Virus record (IMG/VR): IMGVR_UViG_3300020190_000004
DNA length: 64,000 nucleotides
From: a virus
Lineage: Duplodnaviria; Caudoviricetes
Reading direction: 5' to 3' (one strand)
Positions within the stretch are counted from its first letter, which is position 1, and the number at the start of each line of letters is the position of its first letter. This document shows, in pieces, positions 19,590 through 29,470 of the stretch. The position numbers were made by a program, and so were the translations under genes. The notes beneath the pieces were generated by a model. The model was not told the DNA's origin. It saw only the letters and a program-made list of their open reading frames with translations, and made no database searches.

Positions 19590-20773
19590 ATGTTAAGTGA
19601 TAATTGTTTGTTATGTAATGTTTCTTTTACTTCTGCTTTCTTTTGCTCTATGAACTTAAAAAGATTTTCAGTTGAGAAGTTTCCCAATTCTTTTTCCGCG
19701 AACCAGATGTTCTTTGCAATACGTGTTTTGTGTGCTTTACCGTATTCGCTTTCTAGTAGTTTTTCATTTGCTTTTATAGATTCTTCAAAGTGTCTAGTCC
19801 AAAAACAAGAAACTGCAAATTCATCTATAGAAGCGCCTTCGTACAGGGAAGAAGTAATAAATAGCAAGTCTTTATAAGGGTAGTCCATAGTTGCGCAAGA
19901 CTTAAAAATTTGATAAGCTTGTTCCCATTTTTTGGAATCTTTATAGATTACACCTAATTGGAAAATTGGTTCACATCTCCAAGGACGTAACATCCAAGCT
20001 CTTAGTAAAACTTCTTGTATTTCATCAAGTTTATATTTACCAGGAAACCTACACATGCACCATCCAACCATGTAAAGAGCAAACCAAGATTCTTCGTCCC
20101 AATTACTCTTCTCGTGACACTGCTGATACCAATGAATTGCCTTTTCCCAGTTTTCTGTATCTCTATAAGATTGCGCTAAATAGAACATATAGCGAGGATT
20201 GTTTGGTTCATCAATCAGCCCTTGCTCAAGGAGACGAATATCTCTCTCGAACTTATCACCCTTCGAACCGCCATCACTCACATCGTTAAATAAAATCGAA
20301 AGTAGTCTTGCTCGTGTTTTAAGACCGTCAGCAGGTGAATAGTATTCGTGCGTAACACCAATACATTTCCAATTTCTTTTGGCATTTAAGATTCTAAAGT
20401 TATCATAACGAACACCATGATTGTCTTGTATGACATCATATCCGTCTATGTTAATGTCTAGTTCATCTTTGCTAAAACCATTATCGATTAAGACCATGTC
20501 AGCATCAGTTAATAAGATCCAATCTCCCATAGAAGAAGCAAATTCTAATGCTTCATTACGGTTGTGACCAAAATTAACCCACGGTCTTTCGATAAGTTTA
20601 CCGGGTTTATCTTTTAGGAAGTTCTTAATGATTTCCTGCGTGCCATCCGTAGACCCAGTATCGACTATGCACCAAGAGTCGATTAAGTGATACACGCTTT
20701 TTAAACATCTCTCTATGATCTTGCTTTCATTCTTTACGATCATATTGAGAACGATGGAGTTCTTTTCTGCCAT
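19586..20773 (-). CDS. GT2 glycosyltransferase with TPR repeats
   Basis: LNMIVKNESKIIERCL, VDTGSTDGT, GVTHEY, PRYMFYLAQSY. Confidence 0.85.
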   Translation of the reverse strand: MAEKNSIVLNMIVKNESKIIERCLKSVYHLIDSWCIVDTGSTDGTQEIIKNFLKDKPGKLIERPWVNFGHNRNEALEFASSMGDWILLTDADMVLIDNGFSKDELDINIDGYDVIQDNHGVRYDNFRILNAKRNWKCIGVTHEYYSPADGLKTRARLLSILFNDVSDGGSKGDKFERDIRLLEQGLIDEPNNPRYMFYLAQSYRDTENWEKAIHWYQQCHEKSNWDEESWFALYMVGWCMCRFPGKYKLDEIQEVLLRAWMLRPWRCEPIFQLGVIYKDSKKWEQAYQIFKSCATMDYPYKDLLFITSSLYEGASIDEFAVSCFWTRHFEESIKANEKLLESEYGKAHKTRIAKNIWFAEKELGNFSTENLFKFIEQKKAEVKETLHNKQLSLNI

Positions 20774-20787
20774 GATTTGTGATTTGA

Positions 20788-21132
20788 TTATTTATCTGCC
20801 TTCGCGATAAGAGTAGATTTCTTGCGTGGAGCTCTTTTCTTCGGAGCTGGTTTTGAAGTGCTTTCAACTTGTTCATCAGATGCGATTGATTCTCTTCTCA
20901 CTGGCTTTTCTTCAGTAAGAGTAGATTTAAGTGTAGAAGCAAATCCGGTAAATGATGTAGTAGATTTCTTTACTTTAGGAGTATAAAGAGCATTACTTAC
21001 AGAAGAAGCAGTGTCTTTGTCCATTTCTAGTGTTAGGCTACCTGCGATGAATGCTTTCAAAAAGCTTAATCTTGAGTGTTTAACATTTACTTTGTAGCCA
21101 CTTGTGTTTTTTTCGATTGTGAATTGATTCAT
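20788..21132 (-). CDS. Hypothetical protein
   Basis: 114 aa with basic C-terminus. Confidence 0.5.
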   Translation of the reverse strand: MNQFTIEKNTSGYKVNVKHSRLSFLKAFIAGSLTLEMDKDTASSVSNALYTPKVKKSTTSFTGFASTLKSTLTEEKPVRRESIASDEQVESTSKPAPKKRAPRKKSTLIAKADK

Positions 21133-21134
21133 AA

Positions 21135-21383
21135 TTAAATTGTTGTTTTAAGGTTATTAAATTCTTGTTCTGTTAGCCATTCGTATGTGCCTGAGCTGTT
21201 AGGCATCGCTAACTTTAACATGTTGTCTTTAAACTTTCCGATGGCAGATAGACCACAGCCTTCACATAGGACAGGCGCATATGATCCTTCGGTTAGTTTA
21301 TTAAAGACCTCTTGTATGTTGATGTCGGGCAGAACTCCTTCGCCCCACATCCGCGGTGTGCATCTTGTACAAAAATCAGCCAT
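21135..21383 (-). CDS. Small Cys-containing protein (possible Zn-binding)
   Basis: CTRC and CEGC motifs. Confidence 0.5.
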   Translation of the reverse strand: MADFCTRCTPRMWGEGVLPDINIQEVFNKLTEGSYAPVLCEGCGLSAIGKFKDNMLKLAMPNSSGTYEWLTEQEFNNLKTTI

Positions 21384-21672
21384 TATTGATTGTGTTATTA
21401 GTGTATTCTTTTATCAGGTCGGTTTCATCTGTTTCTACTTTCCAACCTCTAGATATTGCGTGTCTTACCCACCCTGCGACATCTTTTCTAATCACTATGG
21501 AACAGTGGGTAAACTCATTTTTCTTCTTAGCTTTAGTCATTACATAAAAGAACCAGTTGTCTTCAGGATCTTCATAGTACTCAGTCAAGTGAGGAGACCT
21601 ATACTTGCTTAAGACTATAACAGGTTTACTGGCCTTTAAGTGACAATACTTTTCATCAACCGTAATACTCAT
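21376..21672 (-). CDS. Hypothetical protein
   Basis: ORF overlapping neighbours in an operon-like run. Confidence 0.45.
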   Translation of the reverse strand: MSITVDEKYCHLKASKPVIVLSKYRSPHLTEYYEDPEDNWFFYVMTKAKKKNEFTHCSIVIRKDVAGWVRHAISRGWKVETDETDLIKEYTNNTINNG

Positions 21673-22027
21673 AGTGAAAGTTTTTTATGTAATTATTCAT
21701 CTTTTCCCACCCTTTAACATTTTTCCTGTGTATATCAAAATTAGGGAAAGATTGTTTAAGATCAACGGCGTATGCAACTAACCATACCGCGGCATCATAG
21801 CTAGTTTTTTCTTTATCAATTTCATCTAAAAGATCATAACCGAATGACATAAAGTCAAGAACTCCTCCCTCAACGTGCCTCTTGGTGACTGTGTTAACGA
21901 AATCTTTATATGACCTTGCGACTATCCAGTCTTCTTCTTTGTACTTATTTGCGTACTTGGAATCAGACATTTGTTGAACCACATCTTCAGGGTTCAATAC
22001 ACTATCAAGAAAGATTTTATACTTCAT
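21656..22027 (-). CDS. Degenerate cyclic-phosphate-processing receiver-like domain
   Basis: IFLD...WIVARSYKDF...SFGYDL...KTSYDAAVWL...IHRKN; resembles the LDD-R-P/SFDHDL/HSAN pattern. Confidence 0.5.
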   Translation of the reverse strand: MKYKIFLDSVLNPEDVVQQMSDSKYANKYKEEDWIVARSYKDFVNTVTKRHVEGGVLDFMSFGYDLLDEIDKEKTSYDAAVWLVAYAVDLKQSFPNFDIHRKNVKGWEKMNNYIKNFHYEYYG

Positions 22028-22235
22028 GCTGCGAATAGATTATGTAGTGATTAAAGTTATCTATGATCTGATAAAAATTATCATGCGCAACAGAAATAGT
22101 TACCCAAGTTCCTTGGTGTTGATTTACAACTCTTACTCTATCAACAAGCCACGCTTCGGGTATTTCATTTGGGTTAGCCAGCCAATCTGACAACTTCTTT
22201 AAAGCGTCTGGGTGTACTTGTATAAAGTATTTCAT
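22017..22235 (-). CDS. Hypothetical protein
   Basis: 72-aa coupled ORF. Confidence 0.45.
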   Translation of the reverse strand: MKYFIQVHPDALKKLSDWLANPNEIPEAWLVDRVRVVNQHQGTWVTISVAHDNFYQIIDNFNHYIIYSQHEV

Positions 22236-22663
22236 ATCACGATTTCTTTTTCCTTTATATAAGATACTACACCAATCTCACCATGAAGTTTTTGCAGTGT
22301 AGTCATTACCAGTGTATTATATTCACTCGGGTAATTTAGTTCTTTGCTTTGTGAAGACTTACGATAAACCGGGGTAACCTCTGCTTCGTTTTTCATAGAA
22401 CTAATAGCAACTATTTTAAAGATTGAAATAGCAACGCCATGCTGATCTTCAAATGACTTACAGATAAAGTCACCTTCACTGATTGGAACAAGTGCTTGCT
22501 TTTCACGTGTTTCGTTTAAGAATACAGCAGGTTTAGGTTTTCCTTTAGCGTCAAGTATGACGGTAGATCTGCTAAGTTCAGAGAAATTCATTAAGCTTTC
22601 CCACAGGCAAGGTATTCCAGTTCGGGTTCTTGCGATTTTAATTGTCTTGTTTGTAATTTCCAT
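22232..22663 (-). CDS. Hypothetical protein
   Basis: 143-aa coupled ORF. Confidence 0.5.
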   Translation of the reverse strand: MEITNKTIKIARTRTGIPCLWESLMNFSELSRSTVILDAKGKPKPAVFLNETREKQALVPISEGDFICKSFEDQHGVAISIFKIVAISSMKNEAEVTPVYRKSSQSKELNYPSEYNTLVMTTLQKLHGEIGVVSYIKEKEIVI

Positions 22664-22664
22664 T

Positions 22665-23561
22665 TTATTGTATGTAAAAATACTGTGATAGTAATTCTCG
22701 TGATTCTTCTTGTGTTATGGTTTCTTGTTTGGTTAATTCAGTAAGGCTTTCCATGAATCTGATGCCTTCAACGGTAGGTAACATATTACCGTTTTTAAGG
22801 AAGAACAAAGGTGATCTAAGGTGAAACCAGAGCGGCGATTTTTCATCTTCTTGAACTATTTTATCAGCAAGTTCAAAATGTCTTTCATAATAATGAATGT
22901 TATCTGCACAATGATAATAAGTACCTAGTTCCAAATCTTTGTATGTATCTTTTAACCAGTACCACATACTTTGCTGCACGAATGAAAAGAACGGAGCATC
23001 ATAGGTAAGGCCAAAGAATATATCGTTACTGCGCATTTGAACTTTCATGTTAAGTTTGTTGTCGCGGATCCAAAAGTTTAAGTACATAGTGCAAACAAAA
23101 TCTTTGTTGCCCTCATACTGAAATTTAGGTTGATTTAAGAAGCATACAGCTTGACGGGTATTCTTGTCTTTTTTCAAAGAGTCAAGCGCCCACTGTAACT
23201 GATCACCAAACAAGAGGTTTCCGTAGTTGGAATTTATATGACCACCTTCATCAGCGATGTTTTTCCAAAAGGAGGAAAAGTTATTGATAAAATCAATGTT
23301 GCGATCCTTTAGAAGATACCAGCCAAGTTCACCCATAAAATACTTGTAGTTAAAAGGGCGATCCTCAAAGTCCATGAGGGAAAAATGAGGGTCTAATCTT
23401 AGCATTTCAAGTTCAAGCTCACGAACTTTTTGTCCGCGAGGCGCTGATTCTGTACCAAAAGAATTTATTCGGCAAATAAGTTCTTTTACAACGTTAGAGA
23501 TTGATAGTTCTGTTGACGAGGTTAAAGATGCTTTCCGCATCAATGTAGTTGTCTCCTTCAT
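22665..23561 (-). CDS. Thymidylate-synthase-fold dCMP hydroxymethylase/hydroxylase (T4 gp42-like)
   Basis: INSNYG, RQAV, DFVCT, MRSNDIFFGLTYD (Asp at the specificity position), HYYERHF. Confidence 0.75.
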   Translation of the reverse strand: MKETTTLMRKASLTSSTELSISNVVKELICRINSFGTESAPRGQKVRELELEMLRLDPHFSLMDFEDRPFNYKYFMGELGWYLLKDRNIDFINNFSSFWKNIADEGGHINSNYGNLLFGDQLQWALDSLKKDKNTRQAVCFLNQPKFQYEGNKDFVCTMYLNFWIRDNKLNMKVQMRSNDIFFGLTYDAPFFSFVQQSMWYWLKDTYKDLELGTYYHCADNIHYYERHFELADKIVQEDEKSPLWFHLRSPLFFLKNGNMLPTVEGIRFMESLTELTKQETITQEESRELLSQYFYIQ

Positions 23562-24048
23562 TAATTTTGATTTTGATTTTGTTAATTATGTTTGAGTTGT
23601 TAAATGCTTCCTGAAACTTAAAAATTTCTTTTTTCTTATCTTCTAAACGATTAGAGTAAGATTCTCCATCATCATTTTTGACAATAAATTCTGGGTCACC
23701 TTCAAGAAGAACTAGTGTGATGTTATCATCATCAGATAAAAATTTGTTTTCTAATTCTGGAATCCACCCGTCTGGATGAGAATCCCGATAAATTGTACCG
23801 TATACATATTCACCGATGTGTGAACGATTCCAAATAAGTAATTCTAAATCTTTGAGACTCTGTTTGAATTTGTAATCTTTCATGTAAAAGCCAAACGAAA
23901 TTTTCTGATACTCAGTTTTTTCTTCGTTGGTATCACCATAAGGATAGCCCCAATGAACTTTTTGAGAGTTAGGGTATTTTTCTTGTAAGGCTTTAACAAG
24001 GGTGTCTTTACCAGTTCTGTCAGTACCTTCTATAATAACTAATTTCAT
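23494..24048 (-). CDS. Deoxynucleoside monophosphate kinase (thymidylate-kinase-like)
   Basis: IIEGTDRTGKDT P-loop; WNRSHIGEYVYG. Confidence 0.8.
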   Translation of the reverse strand: MKLVIIEGTDRTGKDTLVKALQEKYPNSQKVHWGYPYGDTNEEKTEYQKISFGFYMKDYKFKQSLKDLELLIWNRSHIGEYVYGTIYRDSHPDGWIPELENKFLSDDDNITLVLLEGDPEFIVKNDDGESYSNRLEDKKKEIFKFQEAFNNSNIINKIKIKINEGDNYIDAESIFNLVNRTINL

Positions 24049-24081
24049 ATAAGTTTATATTCAGAATAAGTGAATAAGTTT

Positions 24082-24735
24082 TTACCAAAGGTCAAGTGTT
24101 GTTATCAAGATGTTATGATCTGAATAGCTTGATGGTTCTACAGTTTGACTTAAAATCTTTAAGGATTTCTTGGGAATAAATGTATAATCTAACACCTCTC
24201 CTGCATCCCACGTATCTTCTTCGTTTATGTACGTATACTTCTCTTTAAGATTTAGCAATATCTCGTCGTTTGCGTTAAGATTAAAGTCACCACACAATAT
24301 ACAGTCAGAAAAATCGTAGTTTTTGTGAAAGTTTTTCCAGTAAGTAACTTTATGAACTCTTGGTGCATGTAAGTTTACAAAATCAAACACCGAGTTTTTT
24401 ACCCGAAATCTTATCATTTGCGCTGAGTTGTTTTCTTTAACGTTAGCTATTTTTAAGTGAGTTACTCCTTCAGTTTTTAGTCTGGAAAAAGTTGCTAAAC
24501 CAAATAGTCCTCCGTCGGTTTCACAAAGTTGGGTAAATGTACTCGGCGTGCCTAAAACTTTTTCCAATGCCTTTACCTGGTTTACTTCACCTGATCTTTC
24601 TGTAAATATGTCAATTTCCTGGACTGCATATATGTCAGCGTTTAAAGATTTTAGTTTCTTGCCTATTCTATCTATATCCACAAGGCCATCATTCCCTAAT
24701 GCATGTCTTATATTCCAAGTAACAATTTTTATCAT
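24082..24735 (-). CDS. Endonuclease/exonuclease/phosphatase (EEP) family protein
   Basis: VTWNI, AVQEID, CGDFN, LDYTF, SDHN. Confidence 0.85.
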   Translation of the reverse strand: MIKIVTWNIRHALGNDGLVDIDRIGKKLKSLNADIYAVQEIDIFTERSGEVNQVKALEKVLGTPSTFTQLCETDGGLFGLATFSRLKTEGVTHLKIANVKENNSAQMIRFRVKNSVFDFVNLHAPRVHKVTYWKNFHKNYDFSDCILCGDFNLNANDEILLNLKEKYTYINEEDTWDAGEVLDYTFIPKKSLKILSQTVEPSSYSDHNILITTLDLW

Positions 24736-25967
24736 TAAAACAACACTTTTGATTTTTCTAATTTCTCTGCGAAGTCTATTCGCTTAGATATGTTATTTTG
24801 CTTTAAGAACTTACCACCAAATTCTGTCTTTTCACCTTTCACAAAACTTACAACTTCTCGAGTCCAATCACAAGCAGTTGTAACCGGTACGTTCTGGCAT
24901 ATATGATTCCAGTGTCCGCCTTCAACAAGTTGAAAATCATGTGGAAGACCCATTAGCCACATTGCTTCACGAAGTGTAATTCCTCTTTCTCCGTTTGGAT
25001 GAACAATTCCAGAGTTTTTGGCAATGATTGCGTTTGTAGCATCTTTAAAGACTAGCGGAGTTCCGTCCCACCAGCCTTTGTTTAAGCTGATTTTGTACTT
25101 GACGTGATTTAAGAATTTAGCAACATCTGGTGCTTCATTTTCTTCTGCCCATGCAATACCGTCATCTAACCAGCCTTTAGATAAAATGATTTGTAAAAGG
25201 GAGTGATGGTCTTCAGATGCCATAGCTTCTTTCATTGTCATACCCTTAGACTTAACAAAACGAACCCAAGCATTACTGGTTAAATCACCAAGGCCAAACC
25301 CGCGGTCCATTAAAGAAGTTCCTTTAGGAATGGCAGAAAGATAGTTTTCTAAGGACGGTGCTTCTTTTAATTTGTAATCAAATAGCGGAGCATCGCTGTC
25401 TTTCCAAAAGAAGTAAAAAGAACGAATACGATTTTGTGGAATACCATGTAAGAAGGTGTTTGTCTTAATTAGCGAAAAGGAATAACCAAAAGTTTCTCCA
25501 ATCTCACGTAATTTGTCTACAACACCAGCGCCCATAGCAGTGTATAAACCTGGCGCATTTTCGCCCCAGAATACTTTAGGTTGAATATGTTCCAAAACAA
25601 AGCCGGCTGTTTTGTACATCCAATCATTTTGAACCGCGTCGGATCCGCGTGCTTTACCGCTTGTTCCGTTGTTTGCATTTAGCATTGAGAGGCCAGCGCA
25701 TGGGCAAACCGTTGAAACAAAGTCAACGTTGCTGAACATATCACCCGGATCAACATCTTCAGGAAGCCGGTTGGTTTCAGCATCAATTATCATATACGGC
25801 GTATCTTTAAAGTAGTTTACGCAGTGAGAATCGTTTCCGCGAAATGCTTCATACGAAATAAGGAATGCAGGTTCTTCACCGGTAGCCTCGCGATTTGCGA
25901 TTGTCATTCCGCCAATAAGAGGGACTATTGAACCGTATTTAATTTTGTCTTGTTTTTTCTTTGTCAT
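24735..25967 (-). CDS. DNA cytosine-C5 methyltransferase-like protein
   Basis: PCAGLS catalytic motif IV, ENAPG motif VI, Q-R-R motif VIII; motif I degenerate (VPLIGG). Confidence 0.7.
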   Translation of the reverse strand: MTKKKQDKIKYGSIVPLIGGMTIANREATGEEPAFLISYEAFRGNDSHCVNYFKDTPYMIIDAETNRLPEDVDPGDMFSNVDFVSTVCPCAGLSMLNANNGTSGKARGSDAVQNDWMYKTAGFVLEHIQPKVFWGENAPGLYTAMGAGVVDKLREIGETFGYSFSLIKTNTFLHGIPQNRIRSFYFFWKDSDAPLFDYKLKEAPSLENYLSAIPKGTSLMDRGFGLGDLTSNAWVRFVKSKGMTMKEAMASEDHHSLLQIILSKGWLDDGIAWAEENEAPDVAKFLNHVKYKISLNKGWWDGTPLVFKDATNAIIAKNSGIVHPNGERGITLREAMWLMGLPHDFQLVEGGHWNHICQNVPVTTACDWTREVVSFVKGEKTEFGGKFLKQNNISKRIDFAEKLEKSKVLF

Positions 25968-27355
25968 TAGAATAATGATTTAGCTTGTATGTTTTCTTTT
26001 TTAACTTTGTTATCATCGTTGAGTTCAGGAACTCTTAACACTTCTTCACTGAATCCTTTAACCATCTTTACATTAACACCGGCTCTCTCTAAGAACGGGT
26101 TAATGACATCACATAAGAATTCACCTTTACGAACACCAATTAAGAATTGCATTTGTAATTGTTTAACTATCTGGATGCGAAGTTCAGGATCATTTTCCAT
26201 TTGTTCTATTTTCTCAAACATTTCTTTTGCATCTTTAACGCGCAAGTAATGATCTTTTGGTATAAGTGAGTATTGCGTATCGTAATCTGGGTGAAAGAAT
26301 GGTACTACGCCAACTCTTAACATTTCAGCATATTTACTTGTAACCCAATCAGGGCGAATAGGAATGATTAAAGTATAGCGTGTATCTTTAAAGATAGCGT
26401 CGATTTCTTCGGGTGTTTTGTAACCCTGAAACTGTGTATAGTTCTTTGTGAAGCGCTCATCCCATTTACCGTAAATCTTAAAGTCTTCGCTGTTTGGCTG
26501 ATTAAGAATCCATTTCTTAAGAGCTTCAAGTCGGTAATCAACTTCTGCTTTGCCATAAGAAGATTGCATTGCTACAATAGCAAACTTGGTATTTCTTTCA
26601 GTACCAGGGTGTATTACTTCTTCACCAATCAGATTAAGTTTTTCAATTCCTGAGTAAGTTAATGTAAGAGGCTCAGTAATTTCAGTTCCTGTTGAAGGAT
26701 TTGGGTAAGTATCAAAGTGAGTAAAGTTAATGAAACTGTTGTATTGAGCAATACACTCACGTGGGCCGTTTATCATGTCACGCCATTTTTGGTTCTTCTT
26801 GATGTAACGAGGATCAGTCATAACCATGAACCATGGAATCTTTGACATATTTAAGTAGTGTACAAGCGGTGCACCGTAGATAAGAGTCATATCAAGAGCA
26901 CCCGTCATTTTGCTTGGATCTTTAATACTTGGAATTATTCCTGGTATGTTTACCATTGTTAAACCTTGGGAAGCAAAACCAATCCCAAAGTCAGGTTGTT
27001 CTATTTCTTTAATTTTGCTCCACAGATCTTTGTAACTTTCTTGCTCTTCTTTTGTATGTGGAATAAGAACTCCGTCTGCTCCCTGTCGACGCCCAGGAGA
27101 TACCTTTACATTGTATTCCATGTAAATGTCTCTAAGTACTCCACGCGGATCGAATGCAATTTTTTCTTCACTAGATAGTTTCTTCCAGTCACTGCGTTGC
27201 AGAATCCACACTTCGGAAACATTAGGGTTTCTAACCAGCCCGTAAAACAATTTGTAGTACTCCGAGGTACCGTCCGCTCTTTTAATGTTTTCTTTGCGGA
27301 ATTTCATTGCTGAACCTATCGGAAAAACAGCGATCTTGAGATTATCAGTCTTCAT
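25967..27355 (-). CDS. GT-B DNA glycosyltransferase, T4 beta-glucosyltransferase/Aat-like
   Basis: KIAVFPIG...SE, MTDPR, TSKYAEMLRVGVVPFFHPDYD parallel BGT-type motifs; beside the gp42-like gene. Confidence 0.55.
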   Translation of the reverse strand: MKTDNLKIAVFPIGSAMKFRKENIKRADGTSEYYKLFYGLVRNPNVSEVWILQRSDWKKLSSEEKIAFDPRGVLRDIYMEYNVKVSPGRRQGADGVLIPHTKEEQESYKDLWSKIKEIEQPDFGIGFASQGLTMVNIPGIIPSIKDPSKMTGALDMTLIYGAPLVHYLNMSKIPWFMVMTDPRYIKKNQKWRDMINGPRECIAQYNSFINFTHFDTYPNPSTGTEITEPLTLTYSGIEKLNLIGEEVIHPGTERNTKFAIVAMQSSYGKAEVDYRLEALKKWILNQPNSEDFKIYGKWDERFTKNYTQFQGYKTPEEIDAIFKDTRYTLIIPIRPDWVTSKYAEMLRVGVVPFFHPDYDTQYSLIPKDHYLRVKDAKEMFEKIEQMENDPELRIQIVKQLQMQFLIGVRKGEFLCDVINPFLERAGVNVKMVKGFSEEVLRVPELNDDNKVKKENIQAKSLF

Positions 27356-27407
27356 GTTAATTGATTTCTATATTATTTATTTCTATACATTTCAAGGAAA
27401 AAAATTC

Positions 27408-28076
27408 TTAACGGACCACGTGATTAATATCAGAATAACTTTTACGTTGTAAAACTTGGTACGGCCACATAACTAAGTAACGATGTGCATTGTGTTTATC
27501 ATCTCGAGCAACTTTTCTAAGAGCGCGGTCTGCGTAATAACCTCTTTTCTCAACTTCTTTCATTGCAGCAAACCAATCAGGGGCATTCTTAATTATGTAT
27601 GCATGCGAGTTCCAAACGCTAATTGCTTTCTCAAAACCTGGTAAAAATGCTTCTCTCTTGTCACCTTTAGTATTCTTAAGACCGCCCAGGTAAATGATAT
27701 TCCAATCATTAGTGATTGTTAAAGATTCATTTACACAGTTCCAAAATTCATTGGGGTTCTCAATTTGAAAATCATCCTCTAACACGATAAATGCTTTATC
27801 ACCGGACTTTCCGTAATTCTTAACGATGTGTTCGTAAACCTTTAAGTGTGATAAACCACAAGCAACGTTTCCGTATTGAGCGCGTTTGTCTTTAGTTCTG
27901 TACTTATACTCACGATTAACCATATCATCAAGAAGATCCGTTGAAAAGAGCTTCCAATTGACTGCTTCTATAAACTCATAGTCATTAAAGCCTATTTTTT
28001 CAAATTCACGAATGCACTCTTGTCTGCGATCTTGCCGGTGAGGCAGATTGATCACGTACACTTTTTCTATTTTCAT
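27408..28076 (-). CDS. GT25-family glycosyltransferase
   Basis: YVINLPHRQDRR, ACGLSH, VLEDD, YLGG. Confidence 0.8.
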   Translation of the reverse strand: MKIEKVYVINLPHRQDRRQECIREFEKIGFNDYEFIEAVNWKLFSTDLLDDMVNREYKYRTKDKRAQYGNVACGLSHLKVYEHIVKNYGKSGDKAFIVLEDDFQIENPNEFWNCVNESLTITNDWNIIYLGGLKNTKGDKREAFLPGFEKAISVWNSHAYIIKNAPDWFAAMKEVEKRGYYADRALRKVARDDKHNAHRYLVMWPYQVLQRKSYSDINHVVR

Positions 28077-29469
28077 AAAGAAGTTCTTTAATTAAATTTG
28101 TTCCTTTTGCTTTCTTTTTCCAATCGCTTAACCAGCCGTCAATATCGTAATGTTTTTTCATTGCGTCAAGTATCTTTTTTCTTTCACTTTCGTTCTTGTC
28201 ATAATACTCAACTACTTGGCGTAATTCTTCTGCATTCTTAACAGTCAGTTTATCTTGGAATTCCTTAGGAATCCACAAGTAATCCTGGTCATACAAGTAG
28301 TCAAAGATAGGAAGTACATCAAAGTATAAGTATTGAATATGTCGGTAGGTTAAACCTCCGTTAGCTGATACGTTTCTTGCAATAAAAGCTGTTTTACATT
28401 TCTTAAGAACGTTCATATACTCAGAGTTTGGCATAAAGTCACCGCAGAAGTTAGGGTGCGCAGAAACCTCAGCGCCCATTTTTTCAAATGAATCTTTATC
28501 CATTCCGTAAATAAGACTAACCTTAAAGTAGAGCTGAGAACCAGCATAATCATAGTCTTTAAAGAAATCTTGCCAGATGTATTTTCTTAATCCTTTATCG
28601 TTAAGAAGCGAACCTGCGAAGAAAAAGGGAATCTTCTTGTCACTGCTAAAGAAATCATCAAGTAAGTTCTTTTTCTCCGGTTTAATGCCTTTCCAAACAG
28701 GTTCATAAACCAAATGCTGCAGTTCAGTAAACGGAGAAGCAAAGAAATCACGAGTATGTCGATGATCATCAGAGTAATACCAAAACTTGTGGTCAAGACC
28801 TTTGTGTTTAAAGAATGGAATAGCAGCAGAAGGATCAATCAACATGATATGAACTTTTGCTTCGTTCATCTTAGAGACTTGCTCAACCACTGAAAGCATT
28901 ACGTTTTTGTACATATAACGAAAAGCAAGCGGTGAAAAAGATTTAGCGGTTACATCAAAGAGCTTGTGATTAAGTTTTTCAATCTCAGACAGTACTTCCG
29001 GATCATCATCTTCAAAGGTGTCAAAGTAATCATTAAACAGATCACGCAGTTTAGGATGGTTTGACAGTGGGTTGAAAGGCAACATCAAGTTGTGATTGTC
29101 AATAATCATGATGTTATCAAACTCCGGTTCGTTGACAAAAAACTCACGTATAGATGAATCAATCTTGTCTTGATTGTAAACATCAGAAGTTTCTAATTCT
29201 TTTTTTCTCTTTAGGTTATCTTCCTTAAACTTGTGATAAACCGCTTTATTCATGCGATAAACATTAGTCATGCCTAAATTCTCAATAGCCTTAAGGCCAC
29301 CTTCATAAAAGAAGTATACATTATACTCTTCTTTAAGAAGTTCAACAAGTGGAAAAACATAACCGTAAGTATATTCACGAGTCTCTAATTGTGAAACTGT
29401 AATTAGGATGTTCTTTTTCTTTGGGTCGTTTTCAACAAACTTGTTCTTTTCAAATGTTAATTTACTCAT
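28006..29469 (-). CDS. Glycosyltransferase (GT-B C-terminal domain)
   Basis: FFAGS...EYMNVLKKCKTAF...LTVKNAEELRQVVEYY; start re-assigned to MSKLTF. Confidence 0.5.
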   Translation of the reverse strand: MSKLTFEKNKFVENDPKKKNILITVSQLETREYTYGYVFPLVELLKEEYNVYFFYEGGLKAIENLGMTNVYRMNKAVYHKFKEDNLKRKKELETSDVYNQDKIDSSIREFFVNEPEFDNIMIIDNHNLMLPFNPLSNHPKLRDLFNDYFDTFEDDDPEVLSEIEKLNHKLFDVTAKSFSPLAFRYMYKNVMLSVVEQVSKMNEAKVHIMLIDPSAAIPFFKHKGLDHKFWYYSDDHRHTRDFFASPFTELQHLVYEPVWKGIKPEKKNLLDDFFSSDKKIPFFFAGSLLNDKGLRKYIWQDFFKDYDYAGSQLYFKVSLIYGMDKDSFEKMGAEVSAHPNFCGDFMPNSEYMNVLKKCKTAFIARNVSANGGLTYRHIQYLYFDVLPIFDYLYDQDYLWIPKEFQDKLTVKNAEELRQVVEYYDKNESERKKILDAMKKHYDIDGWLSDWKKKAKGTNLIKELLYENRKSVRDQSASPARSQTRVHS

Positions 29470-29470
29470 G

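Noticed and set aside
22665-23561. Ordinary thymidylate synthase ThyA
   Set aside because: Lacks the PCH motif and the dUMP-specifying Asn; motifs and neighbours fit the gp42-like dCMP-modifying group better.
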